Shown in pieces: positions 14,070 through 27,800 of a DNA stretch of 64,000 bases. Within the stretch, counting starts at the first letter, position 1; every line of letters begins with the position of its first letter. Origin of the DNA: Hemiscyllium ocellatum (taxonomy: Eukaryota); NCBI RefSeq assembly GCF_020745735.1, contig NC_083409.1, positions 9,103,534 through 9,167,533 on the forward strand, given 5' to 3'. The position numbers and the translations under genes are program-made. Below the pieces are notes generated by a model that worked only from the letters and a program-made list of their open reading frames with translations, was not told the DNA's origin and did no database searches.

Positions 14070-14385
14070 TTCACAAATGTCATCTGGAAGTCCATATAAA
14101 CAACACCCATTGACATTCCCTTATCTTACACGTCAGTGACCTCTTTAAAAAAATGTAACCAGGTTAGTTAAAGATGTCTGATCCTTTTTTAATTCATCCT
14201 GCCTTTCTCTGATTGGTTCATGGTTGTCAGAAGCTCTAAATCTAAAAACAGATTCATTCACTTCCAAACAAAAGACATTCAATGGAGATGTTCATTATGA
14301 GTGACGTTATCACACAGCGAGCATTGACATGAGGAGCTGAACAGCCTCCTCCTGTGCTGAAGCCTTCTCTGTCTCCTTGACTGAA
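14070..14385 (+). repeat. Inverted duplication block 2 (pairs with about 28555-28880)
   Basis: gacatgaggagctgaacagcctcctcctgtgctgaagccttctctgtctccttga vs the reverse complement at 28558-28615; the shared junction into a CR1 RT remnant is preserved. Confidence 0.8.
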
Positions 14386-14554
14386 ATGTCCAGATAGGAA
14401 CAGAAGCTGGGCTGCAGCATCAACAATGAGTTCAATGTGGATGGATGGAGTATCATTAGTAGGTGAACATTGAACAGTGAACAGTGAACAGTGAACATTG
14501 TGTCCAGGAATCTCTCGAAAAGAAGACTTTCTCTTTTACCCTTTTCAACTTCAG

Positions 14555-14604
14555 GGCTGTCATGAAGGAGCTAAACGAGTCTTTGGCGAAGAAGTTTCTG
14601 GAAG
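14555..14604 (+). CDS. Candidate penultimate coding exon of an unidentified gene
   Basis: Strong acceptor ctttctcttttacccttttcaacttcag| and donor GAAG|GTAAGG. The open frame AVMKELNESLAKKFLE(G) ends in phase 1, compatible with the exon at 15086. Confidence 0.6.
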
Positions 14605-14981
14605 GTAAGGGCTGTGTAAAGGGTTTCAAACATAACTAATGATTGCAGCTCCTTGTTAAGTCTGCTTCTACCTCACCACTGATCAAACCATGTAACCTCC
14701 TGTGACATTGCAATCAATACCATAGAGTCAGTGCCAGCAAACAACAGCATCACAGTCTGACACACTGGGACAGCATTACTGCCTGACATCAAACAACGGA
14801 ACCTGAATCCACTCCCCAATGGTCATAAATCCTACATAATCGAAAACATACTGACACACAGCCCCTTCGATTGAACACTGGCCCCCAGAGAACCACTTTA
14901 GAGGTGGAACTCAGCACCAAGACTGAGAGACAAGGAGAGGGAGAGATGGGGTGAGGCAAAAACAAAGAGAAGGAAGGTGAA

Positions 14982-15012
<31 letters not shown>

Positions 15013-15085
15013 TCCCCCCTTCCTCCCTCCCTCCCTCCCTGAGAAGGCTCTGTCTGATTGGATTCCCATTGCTACATTATCCCAG

Positions 15086-15189
15086 TTCTGGAGGAGACTC
15101 CTCTCTCTGATCCAGTATTCCAGCAGATTCGCAAAACTGAGATCTGGATCTGGAGTGGACCTGATCCTTTCAAATATCGATTCCAATGA
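15086..15189 (+). CDS. Candidate terminal coding exon of an unidentified gene
   Basis: Acceptor acattatcccag|TT. In phase 1 it reads (V)LEETPLSDPVFQQIRKTEIWIWSGPDPFKYRFQ* then a second TGA, with AATAAA at 15397-15402. Confidence 0.55.
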
Positions 15190-15244
15190 TGACATTCCAT
15201 TGGATCCCTTGGGGCAGGGTAAAGATCAGCCAGGGCCGTATTCT

Positions 15245-15540
15245 TCAGCATGGGGAGTAATGACGGGATATTTGGAGTGTGAGTTTAATGATGTAAATGG
15301 GAACCATTGCAGCAAAGACATTACAGATGGTTTGTACAGACAGCAAAGCCCCAACCAGAGAATTGTGTCAATCAACACAGAACGCATGAAAGCTTCAATA
15401 AAAACAGTTATTAATGTGATTCTCAGAGATGTGTCATTATTCTTGTCACAGATGACTCTTCCCCAGTGAAGGGGTCCATCCTGCTGAATATTAGATGCAG
15501 CTTGGCTTTGGAGAAATATTAGGCAGATGGAGTGTAATTT
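15245..15540 (+). repeat. Inverted duplication block 3 (pairs with about 24294-24580)
   Basis: About 300 nt of colinear reverse-complement similarity, e.g. gcagcaaagacattacagatg, attgtgtcaatcaacacaga and aaaacagttattaatgtgattct. Confidence 0.85.
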
Positions 15541-15559
15541 GGGGGACATGAGTCAAAAA

Positions 15560-18500
15560 GTTCATACGCAGCTACAGCAAGTGAATCTGGAGGCAGATGG
15601 AGTGTTGGTGCTCCTTGCAAAGGGAATACAATCTAAAAGCAGGGATGTTTTCCTGCAGCTGGAGAGGGGTTAGGGTTAGGGGCTTGGTGAGAGTGCATCT
15701 AGAGTATGGTGTCCAGTGTCAGGCTCATTATTGAAGAAAGGACAGGAGCTGCATTAGAAGTAGTTCAGAGATTGTTCCCTTGACTGATTCCTGGTACGGA
15801 GCGATTGTCTTATGAGCAAAGGTCAAACTGGTTTGGAATCTGATCCCTGGAGTTTAGAAGAATGAGAGGAATCCAAATGCCAAATGCGTCTTTAATGTTT
15901 GCAGTTGTACCAGCCTCCACCACATCCTCTGGCAGCTCATTCCATACACGTACCACCTGCCGTGTCAAAAAGTTGCCCCGTAGCTCTCTTTTATGGCTTT
16001 CCCCGCTCACCCTAAACCTATGCCCTCTAGTTCTGGACTCCCCAACCCCAGGGAAAAACTTTGTTTATTCTATCCATGCCCCTCATAATTTTGTAAACCT
16101 CTATAAGGTCACCCCTCAACCTCCGATGCTCCAGGGAAAACAGCCCCAGCCTGTTCAGCCTCTTCCTAAAGTTCAAATCCTCCAACCTTGGCAACATCCT
16201 TGTAAATCTTTTCTTAACGCTTTCAAATTTCCCAACATTTTTCCGATAGGAAGGAGATGAGAATTGCACTCAATATTCCAACAATGGCCTAACCAATGTC
16301 CTGTACAGCCGCAACATGACCTCCCAACTCCTGTACTCAATAGTCTGGCCAATGAAGGAAAGCATGCCAAACTCCTTCTTCACTATCCTATCTCCCTGAG
16401 ACTCACTTTCAAGAAGCTATGAACTTGCACTCCAAGGTCTCTTTGTTCAGCAACACTCCCTAGGACCTTACCATTAAGTGTATAATTCCTGCTAAGATTT
16501 GCTTTCCCAAAATGCAGCACCTCGCATTTATCTGAATTAAACTCCAGCTGCCACTTCTCAACCTATTGGCCCATCTGATCAAGATCCTGTTGTAATATGA
16601 GGTAACCTTCTTCGCTGATATGTAGGCAAATAACCGAGAGGTGTGAGAGGAATAAGGTTATATTAGTGGGGAATTTCAACTTCTCCAACATGAACTGGGA
16701 TTGCCTTTGTTTGAATGGTGGAAAGTTTAAAGTCCTTCCAGGGCAGCTTTTGGTGCCAGGACATAGATAGTCCCTCTAAACATGGGCAGTGCTGGACTCA
16801 ATCCAAAGTAATGAAGTCATTCAAATGGTTGGAGAGTCAGTGGGTGAGCATTTTGGAGATAGTAAACATAACTCTGTAAGTTTGATAGCTATTATCAAAA
16901 CGGATAATTGTAGTGCAGAAGTTAAATGTTTAAATGAAGGCAAGGACAATTTCAATGTCATTAGACAGGATTTGGCAGACATAGACAGGGAGCAGCTACT
17001 TTGAGGTTAGTCTACATTTGGAAAGTGGGAATCTTTTTAATGTAGTACAGTGAGAATTCATGGCCAGCTTAGAAAGAAAGCCAAGCGCAGCAACTCCTGG
17101 TATCCTGGATGTCAAGGAATATGGATAGTTTGAGAAAGAAAAGTAAGGAAGCATATGCCATTGACAGAGCATCAAAAACAGGGGAGGCCTTTCAGGAGGA
17201 GGGAAAGTGAGGGAAGGTGTTGAAAAAATTAGGAGGGCAAAGGGGGGCCATAAAATATCTTTGGCAGCCTGATCCCCTCACCCCAGAATACGTAAAGGAG
17301 TGGCACTAGAAAGAATGGATGCACTCGTGGTCATCTTTCAGAATTCGAGACTTTGGAGCAGTTCCTATGGATTGGAGGGTGGCTCAGATAACCCCACTAT
17401 TTAAGAAAGGAGGCAGAGAGAACACAATGGTTTTTGTCGACGGTTAGCTTGACATCAATCGAGGGAGAAATACTGGAGTCCATTATAAAAGATGTGTAGC
17501 AAATTTTGTTATGACCTGCACCTTATGAACCAGCACTCTTGAGAAACCAGCAAAAGTTATACCCCTCAAATGCTGCACAGTTTAGTGTATCATTCTGTCG
17601 AATTTTTATGTGTTTATAATTTATTAATTTCATTGTAAATATGTTTGTTGTTCATTTGAATGGCCACATGAAATACCAACAGTTGTTTCAATGTCGAGTC
17701 AATTTCTCCTCAAACACGGCGACCTACCGCAACGCCTGGGTAATCTGTTGAGAGTGTGAGTGTGAAGGATATGGGGAGAAAATGGACTATTCTAGATACA
17801 AAGCATTGCTGACCACAATCATCATCAAGTGGACTGATGGATGTAGCTTGTCAGGAGCTGAACAAGAAAGTTTGTGATTAAAGATGGCTAAGTTAAGTAC
17901 ATCAGTCACATACTGAGAGCAAAAGGATTTGCCTGGATTCTGGAAAGGTAGGAGCGGTAGCAGTGATGTGGTGACTGACAGATGTGACAACAGTGTAAGG
18001 ATTTGTTGGATTCATCAAATACAAAGTGCCAATGTCTAATTACAGTGACAATCACGATGCTAGCCAACTATTCCCATTCCAACTACTGGTATTAATGGAC
18101 AACACAGATCTCAGACTGAACACAAACAGAAACGGCTGAAGAAATGCAATTGGTCTGCAGCATCTGTGGAGCATAAGCACACAATGCTAATGATTTAGAT
18201 TTAGTAATAAGACCTCCTTACACAAAAGAAATGAAGATGAAATAAAACATACTGACAGAAAACACAAATTCAAAAGATTTCAAAACACAAGGCAAAATAA
18301 AATCCTTTGTGTTCTCGTTTTATTGCTTTATAGTAGTCAAATAACAAGGAGAAGGGATCCATTGCTCTATTGCATCTTTAAGTTTAACATAACTGTATTT
18401 TTAATTTCATTGCCTTGAGCATTAGCATGCCTTTTCATTGATTAATACTTCAATGACCACAGGTCAGACTGGAAGATTGGCAATGTGGTTCCTTTGTTCA

Positions 18501-21290
18501 AGAAGGGCAGCAGGGATAGGCAAGGCAATTACAGACCAGTTAATCTGATGTCAGTGTGAGGGAACTAATTAGAACAAATCCTGATGTACAGGATTAAGCA
18601 ATACTTGGAGAGGTAGGTATGCCAGAATTGATTTGTTTGTGCAAGGTCCCACATAAAAGGCTGGTCCAGATGGTAAGAGCCCATGGGATCCAAGGCAAGT
18701 TGGCACATTGGAAATCAAAAGTGACTTCCCAATTGTCGTGGTGGAGTGTTGTCTTTGTGATTGGAAGCCTGTGACCAGCGGTGTATGTCAAGAATTGGGG
18801 CTGGGACTCCATCTGTTTATAATGTACATTAATGAATTGACTTTGTCCAACTAGAAAGTTTTCAGATGACACATAACTTGGTGGTGTTGTTGATATTGAT
18901 TTGATTTTTTTTATCACGTGGACTTAATTACAAAAGAATAGGAGTACAGTGAAAAGTTTGTGATGCTGCCTCACAAGGTGCCATCAAGGGTATTGGGACT
19001 GAGTTACAGGATCCTAAGAACAAAGTAGAAAGAAATATTAAAATACAACGTTACACATTTCATACGTTTTTAGTTTTAAGAAGAAAATAAAGAAATAAAA
19101 CTGGACTTTCAATCCTTACATCCTTTTTTAAGCATTTAGCTACCATGGGATCATACTTCGAGTCATCACCTTGAGACCAGAATCCCATGCTGACGCCGTG
19201 CCAGTCTGAGAGACCACCTTATACAGCAAAAGACGATCCTGCAGGCTGAGAGACAACCACAGTGGGCCACTGAGAGTTCTCCACACTAGGCTAAGAGTTC
19301 ATCACGGTGGACGGAGATTCAAGCACGCTGGGCCAAGAGGTCACCACATCGAACTGAAAGGCCACCGTGTTGAACCGAGAGGCCACCATGTTGGGTCAAG
19401 AATCTGCGTCACCAGGCTGGAAGGTCTCCCTGCCAGGCCAGGACACTTCCACACCAAGCCAAGAGGCCACATCACTAGGGCTACACTGATTGGAGGTCAG
19501 TCATCTGAAGCTGGGAGTCTGTGACCGGGAGAGGAACTAAGGGAGAAGGACAAAAGAAAAACACACAAAAGAAAAGGTGGAATAGAAAGAAATAAAGGAA
19601 ACAGACAGGGCAGATGAACTCGGTCTGAAGCGGCCCACTCTGTTACCAAATTGGATTACCGGGTCTCAGACTACAGTCTGATATTGATCAGCTCATAGAT
19701 TGGACAGCGGAATGGCAGGTGGAATTTAATCCTGGTAAGTATGAGGTGATCTAATCTGGGAGGTCAAAAAGAGAAGGATATACACAATGAAAGGGATATG
19801 ACTTGGCTGTCCTTGTACATGAATCACCAAGGGTTGATCTGCAGGTACAACAAGCAATTAGGAAGGCAAATGGAATTTTGTCCTTCATTGCGAAAGTGAT
19901 TGAGTTTAAAAAACAGCGAGGTTATGCTGCAGCTGTACAGGGTGCTGGTGAGGCCACACCTGGAGTATTGCGTGCAGTTTTGGCCTCCTTACTTGAGAAG
20001 GGATGTACTGGAACTAGAAGGGGTGCAGCGGAGATTCACTCAGTTGATTCTGGGGTTGAGGGGGTTGGCTTATGAGAGGGGACTGAGTAGACTGGGATAT
20101 ATTCATGGAATCTTATAAAAGCATATAAAATTATGAAGAGAATAGATAAGACAGATGTAGAGAGGATGTTTCCACTGGCAGGTGAAGCTAAAACAAGAGG
20201 GCATAGCGTAAAACTTAGGGGGAGCAGATTTAGGACCAAATGAGAAGGAACTTCTTCACCCAGATCATCGTGAATCTATGAAATTCCTTACCCAGTGAAG
20301 CACTTGACGTTACTTCAGTAAACCCTTTAAAGCTAAGATAGCTTTGTTTTGAATAATGAAGGCTTTAAGAGAAACAGTGAGAGCGCGAATGAGACATTTA
20401 ATGTAATTAAGAGATACGATGAGAGTGCGGCTTAGTGGAGTTGAGTCCATGAAAAGATCAACCATTATCTTACTGCACGGCGGAGCAGGCTCGAAGTGCC
20501 AGGCGGCCTACTCATGCTCCCTGGTCTTATGTTCTTATGTTCCTTGGGAGTAGTGAAGAACAAAGGGAGATTGGTGTACAAGATGATCGATCCCGGGAGG
20601 TATCAGCACAGCTAGACAGGGTGGAGAAGAAGACATATGGGATGCCTGCCATTATGAGCCAGGGTGTGGAATATCGAGGCAAGGACGTCTTCTTGTTACT
20701 TGGCAGTGTATTGATTCGGCCATATCTGGAATACTGTGTACAGTTCTGATCATGACAGTGTCGGATGAACATGACTGCACTGGAGAGGTGTCAAGGAGAC
20801 TCACCAGGATGTTCCCTGAAATGGAAAGTGTTAATTATGTGGAGAGACTGGATAGAGTGGGTTTGTTCTCTCTGGAGCAGAGGAAGCATCGGGGAGGGAG
20901 GAATCTGATTGAGGTATATAAAAATATGGAAAGCAAAGAGAAAGTCGATTGTGAGAATCTTTACCCCATGTCAGACATATCTATCACCAGAGGGAATAAA
21001 CATAACGTGATGAAAAAGTGGTTTAGAGGGATTTGAGGATTCTTTTTTCCCGAAAGGGTGGTAGAAATATGGAATTTGCTACTTGAGAAGGTGATGGAGG
21101 CATCTCCTCTCAGAACGTTTAAGAGACATCCAGATGAGCACATAAAATGCCAGAGCATGGAAGGCTGTGGATCAAGTGCAGGTAAATGGGATGAGTGCAG
21201 TTTGGTGTTTACTGATCAGCCCGTCGACATGATGGGCAGAAGGGCATGTTTTTTGCTGTATGACTCTATAAATATGAAGAGAAGGATGTG
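15560..21290. mobile_element. Mixed-orientation CR1/HER1 LINE fragments plus an L2-tailed repeat (about 18900-19680, - strand)
   Basis: Repeated LVRPHLEYCVQFW / ERLDRVGLFSLE motifs; the 18900-18970 end resembles an L2-type 3' tail (cttttcactgtactcc...aaatcaaatc). Confidence 0.75.
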
Positions 21291-21294
21291 ATAG

Positions 21295-24285
21295 CATTTG
21301 TCATGTCATTTGTGAAGATAGCAACACAAGCGAGGTGGGGAAAAAAGGTTGTACATTGTCCATGCTTAAATGAACTTGGGAAGGGGTTTCTACAGCCCTG
21401 TCAGAGGAATGTTCTTGGCATCACGAGGAGGTGAAAACAGCTATTCTAAGCACACATGAGTTGGTCTCAGAAACATACAGACAGAAATGTTGGAACTGAC
21501 AGAAACAGCCTGGACAAACCTCTACTGAGTTTGAGAGAGTTCAACAAAAAATTTGGACAGGTAGGTAACAGCATTAAAGGCTGAGAATACTTACAATGCT
21601 CTCAGAGAAATTATTCTTTGAGAAGATTGTAAAGCTTCCTTCCCTTCTAGAATCTGAATTCATGTAAAAAGACCAAAGGGGAACAACAGTAAGACAAGCA
21701 GCTAGAATGGCTAATGATTATAGACTTTGTTAAAACCAAAACCCTGCAGATGCTGGAATCCAAAGTAGACAAATAGGAGGCTGGAAGAGCACAACAAGCC
21801 AAGCAGCATCAGGAGGTGGAGAAGTCACCTGATAAGAGATTGATCCAGAAACCTTTTTCCCTTCAGGTCCAGAAATGGGAAAAAAATAACTGTGAGAGTG
21901 AAAGGAAGGCAGGTAGCCAAGGGAGGGAATGGACAGTATGGAACAGCCCGAGAACTCCTCCTCAGATTAAGAAGGAAATTGCTGAGGGTGAACGTGATGA
22001 TCAGAAGCTGAAATGTTTCTCTTGGAATAAGGTGGGCCCCGTGCATTTGGAATGTTGGAAGTTATGAGGTAGACCCAGGGGATTTATAGGAGTTAGTAAA
22101 AATGAGTCAAAGAAGGGAACACAGACAGATAATCCAATGGAGCAGGTTGTAGTTCTAACAATAACATAAAGGCTGGAGGTGAATTCTGTCATTAATAAAG
22201 GAATTTGTAAGGTAGATGAGAGGTGTACAGGATTTTTATCGAAAGGAAAGGTGGCTCCTTTTTCTTCAGTTAAACCCAGAATCAAACTTAGAGATACAGG
22301 GGCAACACAGTCATTTTTACTGGAGAAAGAATTGATTTTCGCTCCAGAGAGCTCAATGGCAGCTAAGGTATTAATCAATGGGATTGGTGGAGAATATATT
22401 TCACTTCCATTATATAAAAGGCAACTGGAATGTGATTTATTACCAGGAAAAGTAATTGTCAGACTGGGGAAAACATTCCGTGTTGAGGGAGTCGCTTACC
22501 TTCTGGGGAATAATTTGTCAGGACAAAAGGCAGTAGGTTCCCCGATAATTACAGAATATTCAAAGGGGGTCCAAGACACAGAACAATGACAGGAACAGGT
22601 TCTTCGCGTGAGGTAACCAGGGCAATGGTTAAACAAAATCCATCAATAAGGGTTGATGTGACACCACAGCAAGTGAAAGGATCGCTGAAACTTTCCGAAA
22701 GGGTGAAGATAATCCAGGTGGAATGGTTGGTATGATGTCACTAATTACAGCAGATCCAAAAAGCAGATCGTGAATGAAATAAATGACTACAGTCAGCTCA
22801 TACTGAGGTCAAGACTGGAGAGGTTTCAGAGTGCTATTACCTTCAGAATAGAGTGCTGATGGAAAGTAGAGTTCTCCCCCCGCCTCCTCAGGGACTCCCA
22901 GATGAAGAATGGTCGGTTAGACATTGGCCCAGCTATCATAGGGAGATAGTGAAAGGGGCACATGAGACTCCAATGGCAGGTAACATGGGGATTTGGAAAA
23001 CACAGGCATCCAGAAACAGATATTTCACAGAACCACAATTGTATAAAGATGTGGTGCAGTTTTGTAAAACGTGCCCTACTTGTCAAGTTTTAGGTAAACC
23101 TCAACACAAAACCATTAGTGTTATGTCCTCTCCACGTTTTTGTGCAACCATTCAGTCGTGTACAGATGTGTCAATAGTGAGTATAATGGAGGAGGGGATG
23201 AGAAAAAGCTTAAGATCCAAAAAGAATTGGACAATTCCCAAAGTGAACTTTCTGTTATTTGTTGAAAAAATTCAGAAATGTTAGAGAATTCAGACACTGT
23301 ACTTTTTTTTTTAATCTGGAGAAAGATCAACAGGTTGATTTAGTGAGATTGCTCAGAAAATACAAAGATGTTTGTGTGAGGAGTAGTTGAGGACATTGGT
23401 TCTGTACTTGATGGAGTTTAGAAGAATGAGAGGGAATGTCATTGGAACTTACAGAATACAGAGAGGCCTGGATAGAGTGGACATGGAGAAGAAGTTTCCA
23501 AAAATGGGAGAGTTGAAGACCCAAGGGTACAGCCTCAGAGTGAAGAGATGACCTTTTGAACTGAGTTGAGGAGGAATTTCGTTATCCAGAGTGTTGTTAA
23601 TCTGTGGAACTTATTGCTGCAGATGGCCTTGGAGGCCAAATCATTGAGTGAATTTAAGAACGAGATAGATTGACTCTTGATTGGTCAAGGGATCAAGATC
23701 TACAGGGAGAAGGGAAGATATTGGAGTTGAGAAGCATTTACAACCGTAAAGAATGGTCTACTTGATGTGTCAAATGGCCCAATTCCGCTCCTTTATCTTA
23801 TGGACTTGTATTAATACACTTAGATCTACCACATGATTAAAATATGACATGGTTTGTTAATTCAGACATAATAAAGCAAAAACCAACAGAAACCAATCAA
23901 CGGAACAGAAGGCATCCAAGTTGGAGAATCAGCTGATTGAACCAAGTCAGAGCAATTGGAGTTCTCCTGTAGTATTGGTTCCTGAACCAAACTGTTCAAT
24001 TTAATTCTCTGTAGACTCTCGGAATGTGAGTCTCGTCACAAAACCAGATTCATTTCCTATTCCCAGATGAGAAGATTGCATAGGTAGGGTTGGTAGTGCA
24101 TCATGCTTGTCTAAAATTGATTTGTTAAAAGGACATTGACAAGAAGTCACTGATGACTAGAACTAAGTGAGTTTCTGTATTTATCACACCTAATGGATTA
24201 TATCCAATTGCAAGGTTTGCTATTTGGACTTAAGAACACTCCAGTCACATTTGAATGATTATTACCAAAGTGAACAAGGTCACAC
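21295..24285 (+). mobile_element. Decayed Ty3/Gypsy LTR retrotransposon internal region, Gmr1-like (gag-PR-INT-RT order)
   Basis: gag motif AILSTHELVSETYRQK (about 21440-21490; SCAN-related ELVPEAYRQKF type), protease LRDTGATQSFL (about 22290), integrase zinc finger HETPMAGNMG...CKTCPTCQ (about 22960-23090), RT start WSSPVVLVP...FPIPR...SKIDLLKG (about 23960-24140). Many stops and frameshifts; interrupted by a short repeat (about 21730-21860) and a CR1 fragment (about 23380-23810). Confidence 0.8.
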
Positions 24286-24849
24286 ACCTCTACATTACAC
24301 TCCATTTGCCCAACATTTCTTCAAAGCCCAGCTGTATGTAATATTCAGCAGGATGGACCTTCACTGGGAATGAGTCATTTGTAACTAAAATAATGACACA
24401 TCTCTTAGAATCACATTAATAACTGTTTTTACTGAAGTTTTCATGATTTCTGTGTTGATTGACACAATGCTCTTGTTTGGGCTTTGCTATCTGTACAAAT
24501 CATCTGTAATGTCTTTGCTGCAATTGTTCGCACTTACGTCATCAAACTTACACTCCAAATATCCCGCCATTAATCTTCATGGGATAAAGTGGAATTGGCT
24601 CAGATCGAACTCCCAGCAGTTCAAATGGAGAGAGGGATGGAGCTCAGAGAGAGACAGAGAGAAAGAGGGTTGGAACTCAGAGTGAAATCTGTGCAGCTGA
24701 GGTGGAGATTGGGTTGGGGAGAGAGAACCAGAGAGAGTCAAGGAGTCGTATATCAAAGATAAATCATACTCTGTTAAAGACTGCACTGGATAAATGCTGT
24801 ATGACTCTATGAGTCTCTGTCTCTATCGAGACAATCTACAATGTTGCCT

Positions 24850-27800
24850 AACTAACGAGAATATCTAACTTTCTATGCCATCATTCAATTAATAAATAAC
24901 GTAAATAACTAAGGTGCGCACACACATTCCTACTGGACACCACTGGTCACATCCTGCCAATTTCAGCACTTACACATTATCCCTACTCTCGGTCACTTGT
25001 CACTCAACCGATTTCCAAGTGTGTCAGTATTTTAGCTTCAACTCTGTGGATTCCTACCTCAGTTGACGGTTCATTATGTCGGACTTTATCAAATGCCTTC
25101 TGGATGTCCCTGTAAACAACATCCATAAACATTACTCTGTCAGGACTTTCGTGTCCTCTTCAAAAATGTTCAATTCGGTTTTTCAGCGTGACCAACCTGT
25201 CATGAATCCATGCTGACTCTCCCTGAATAACTGACCATTTTCAAGGTCTTCAGTTACCCCCATCCTTGATTATAGACCCCAACAATTTCTGCACCACAAA
25301 CATTGGCTTAGTGACGTGTCGTTCCTTGGCATTTCTTTAACATCCTTGTTAAATGTGAGGTGAAATTTGCAATTTTCCAGTTGTAATGTATGATTCCTGA
25401 ATCCAGGTAACTCTGAAAGATTATAGTCAGGGTGTTTACAATATGGTCTGTTACTACCTTTGTCACCCTCAGATAGAAACTGTCAGGTCCTGAGGATTTG
25501 TCACTCTTTAGTTCCATTAATTTCCTCATTAAAGATGTTTCACTGACACTAACTGTATTCAGTCCCTGACACAGATATTCTGTTAATTCCTTTGGGACTT
25601 CAGGCAAGTCCTCCTCCTTTTCCACTGCAAATATTGAGGTAAAGTATTTATTTAACATGTCTATCATTTCTCCAGTGACACTGATAATATCCCCCGCTTT
25701 CAGTCTTTAATGGCCAATGTTGCTCTTGATCTCCCAGCTTCCTTTTATGGAATTGTAACATTTCTCCTTATTGATTTTGATGTCCCTTACATGTTTCTTT
25801 GCAGAATCCCTTTTGGGGGCTCTTGGAAGCTGCTTTGTGGCCCTTTGTATCTTTCTCATTCAGCAGAATCAGTCCTTTCTTTTGCTTTTTTGTAAGGTTT
25901 TTTTAAGTTTCATTTTTTACCTTATCTCCTTAATTGCAAATTGTGGAGCTTTTCCCTATCAGGTTTAAACTGGTTTTGTTTTGAGTTGAATGTTACTTTA
26001 AATATTCCTCACTGCTCTTCAGTTGTTTTACCCATGAGCAGATTTCCCAATTTACTCTGTCTCAGCTCATTAAAGTCGACCTTAACTTAATCTCATATTC
26101 GAGCAGCTGATTCATGCTTTTCACACTCAAATACTCCATTGAACTCGGTCATGTTACAATCGCTATTTTATAAATGTTCATGCACAAATAATTACTAACT
26201 AAATCTGGCTCATTATTCATTACTAATTCCAATATTGCTTGTCTTCTTGTTGCATCCAGGAGCTATTGCTGTTGGAAACTATTCCGGATATACTCCAGAA
26301 ATTCACTACCTTTCTGACAGAGGGCTTGTCTTTCTCCCAATCTAAGTTAAAGTTAAACTTCCCCATTAATAATAGACTGGCTTTGCTACACACTTGCCTA
26401 ATTCCTGCATTTCTACAATCCAGCACCTCAGCTGCTGCCAGGGTTGCTCGTATCCAACATCTATTACAGTCTTAGATCCTTTCCTGCTCCTCAGTTGCAC
26501 TGAATGCTTTCCCCTCATTATAACCTCCCTCACCATTGAAGTCATTTTGTTTCTAATCAACAAATCTGCTCAATCTCTTCTGTCATTTCACCATGTCCAT
26601 TATGTGAATCTTATACAATGATATACTTCTTTCCCAATCCTAACGAGTCTGAAGATATGTCTCAGTAATTGATCCTACAGCAAAATTTTAAATTTGTATT
26701 TGTGCATGCATATTGCTGAACGTATTCCTTACACTCTGTGCATTCGTATATAGAACTCTTATTTGGTCCATTCACTGGAATCTGTTCATCAGCACTGATT
26801 TAATCAATACACTTCTGATAGCTTTCCTGATATTGCCCAAATACGAAATTGTTCCTATTTTGCTGATGTTGGTCCCAACATGCACAACAACTGGATCCTC
26901 CCCTCCATGCTGCACTCCATTACACCTTCATCCGGTTCAAGATGCCCTTTATCTTGGCTACACACCATGAGGGTCTCTGAATCCTGTTCAAAAAGGATGC
27001 TATCAGTCCCCCTCATTATCAAGTCCCCCCTTTTCTTTGTGGTCTCCCTGCCTGAATGGCCTCCTGGACCATGGTGCAGTGGTTTTCTTTCATTCATTTA
27101 TAGGATATGAGCATCTCTGGCCAAGCCAGCATTTCCTGCCATCTGGCAGTTAACAGACAATCACATGGACTCACAGAATCATATAGTCCATACAGTGTGA
27201 AACAGGCCATTTAGCCCAATGACTTCTAAAGAGCATCCCTCCCAGAACTATCCCTCTACCCTATCACTATAACCCTGCATCCCCCATTGTTCATGCATCT
27301 AACCTACAGATCACTGAGCACTATGGGTAATTTAGCATGGCTAATCCACCGAGCTTGCACATCTTTCAACTGTGGGAGGAAATCAGAGCACTTAACAGAA
27401 ATCTACTTAAACAAGGCCTAATATAAATACCTCCCTATTTCTCCCTTTTTGTAGGTTTGACAATGGGGTCAGTTTGGCTCGAAACGTCAGCTCTTTTCTC
27501 TCCCTACAGATGCTGCCATCCCAGCATTTTCTCTTTTGATTTCAGATTCCAGCATTCGCAGTAATTTGCTTTTATCCAAGTAAACATGAGGTGAACGTGC
27601 GAACTCCACACAGACAGTCACCTGAGGGTGGAGTCAAACTTGTGACCCTGGCACTGTGACGCAGCAGTGCCAACTGCTGAGCCACCCATTGCTGTGGGTC
27701 TGGAGTCGCATGTAGGGCAGATTAGGTAAGTATGAGAGATTTCCTTCTCTAAAATGCATTAGTGAGCTGAATGAGTTTTCCCCACAGTCAACAATGCACT

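Noticed and set aside
15226-15549. Hydrophobic ORF shared by duplication block 3 (also 24443-24685)
   Set aside because: The two copies do not keep a common open frame with matching start and stop; better explained as duplicated 3' UTR.
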